A DNA stretch of 64,000 bases from Clostridia bacterium (GTDB taxonomy: Bacteria > Bacillota > DTU086), in assembly GCA_012523575.1 (NCBI GenBank), contig JAAYIF010000025.1, positions 128 to 64,127 of the forward strand, given 5' to 3'. The position numbers and the translations under genes are program-made. Below the pieces are notes generated by a model. It saw only the letters and a list, made by a program, of their open reading frames with translations. It was not told the DNA's origin and did not search any database. Shown here piece after piece: positions 63,759 through 64,000 of this stretch. Every line of letters starts with the position of its first letter. Position 1 is the stretch's first letter.

Positions 63759-64000
63759 ATGCCCACAATTTTCTTCTATGGGCCGGAACTAGAGAAAGAT
63801 AAAAGGAGAGAGCTCATTAAGGCTTTCACCGAGAAAGCCAGTGAGCTGACAGGACTGGACAAATCGTCCTTTGTTGTTTACCTCATGGAAACAGATGCCG
63901 ATGAAGTCGGAGTAGGAGGAGAACTCCTCAAAGACAGGTTAAAAAGGCAATATGAAGAAGAAAAAGAAGACATAAAAAAGGAGTATGAATATAAAGAATT
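63759..64000 (+). CDS. 4-oxalocrotonate tautomerase (DmpI-like) family protein, runs off the window
   Basis: Not in the ORF track. GGAGGTG RBS then M-PTIFFYGPELEKDKRRELIKAFTEKASELTGLDKSSFVVYLMETDADEVGVGGELL; catalytic Pro1 present. Confidence 0.8.
   Translation, partial: MPTIFFYGPELEKDKRRELIKAFTEKASELTGLDKSSFVVYLMETDADEVGVGGELLKDRLKRQYEEEKEDIKKEYEYKE

Overview
A ~45% GC Bacillota (Clostridia-type, spore-forming, probably anaerobic) chromosomal window. From start to end it holds: (1) sporulation/germination genes (gerA broken by an in-frame TAA, DUF3231, yteA, ymaF-like) with bioY under a BirA operator; (2) a ~12 kb decaying accessory/defence island (~6.75-18.52 kb) abutting the 3' end of tmRNA, carrying a Dam-family methylase, a type I R-M system with a doubly disrupted hsdR, several gene relics and a serine-integrase tail that reads antisense into ssrA; (3) core genes ssrA-smpB-rnr, a membrane PPase, secG and gap-pgk-tpiA-gpmI-eno, plus whiA; (4) an actinobacterial-style FHA-FHA-rodA-pbpA-PASTA kinase operon with no phosphatase; (5) a peptide-type ABC transporter + racemase + M24 peptidase + ATP-dependent hydantoinase/oxoprolinase A/B + PucR cluster with a candidate TTGTCC-N5-GGACAA operator; (6) gldA split at a T11 tract, an MFS pump, a CoA-disulfide-reductase-like flavoprotein, an XRE-cupin/acyl-CoA synthetase pair and a tautomerase. 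The best unexplained signals are a family of four ~90-270 bp nested-palindrome MITE-like elements (one flanked by a duplicated terminator, two bracketing the MFS gene) and the lactam/cyclic-dipeptide-like catabolic cluster. No CRISPR array, rRNA or tRNA was seen. All family assignments come from motif recognition by eye; no database was searched.
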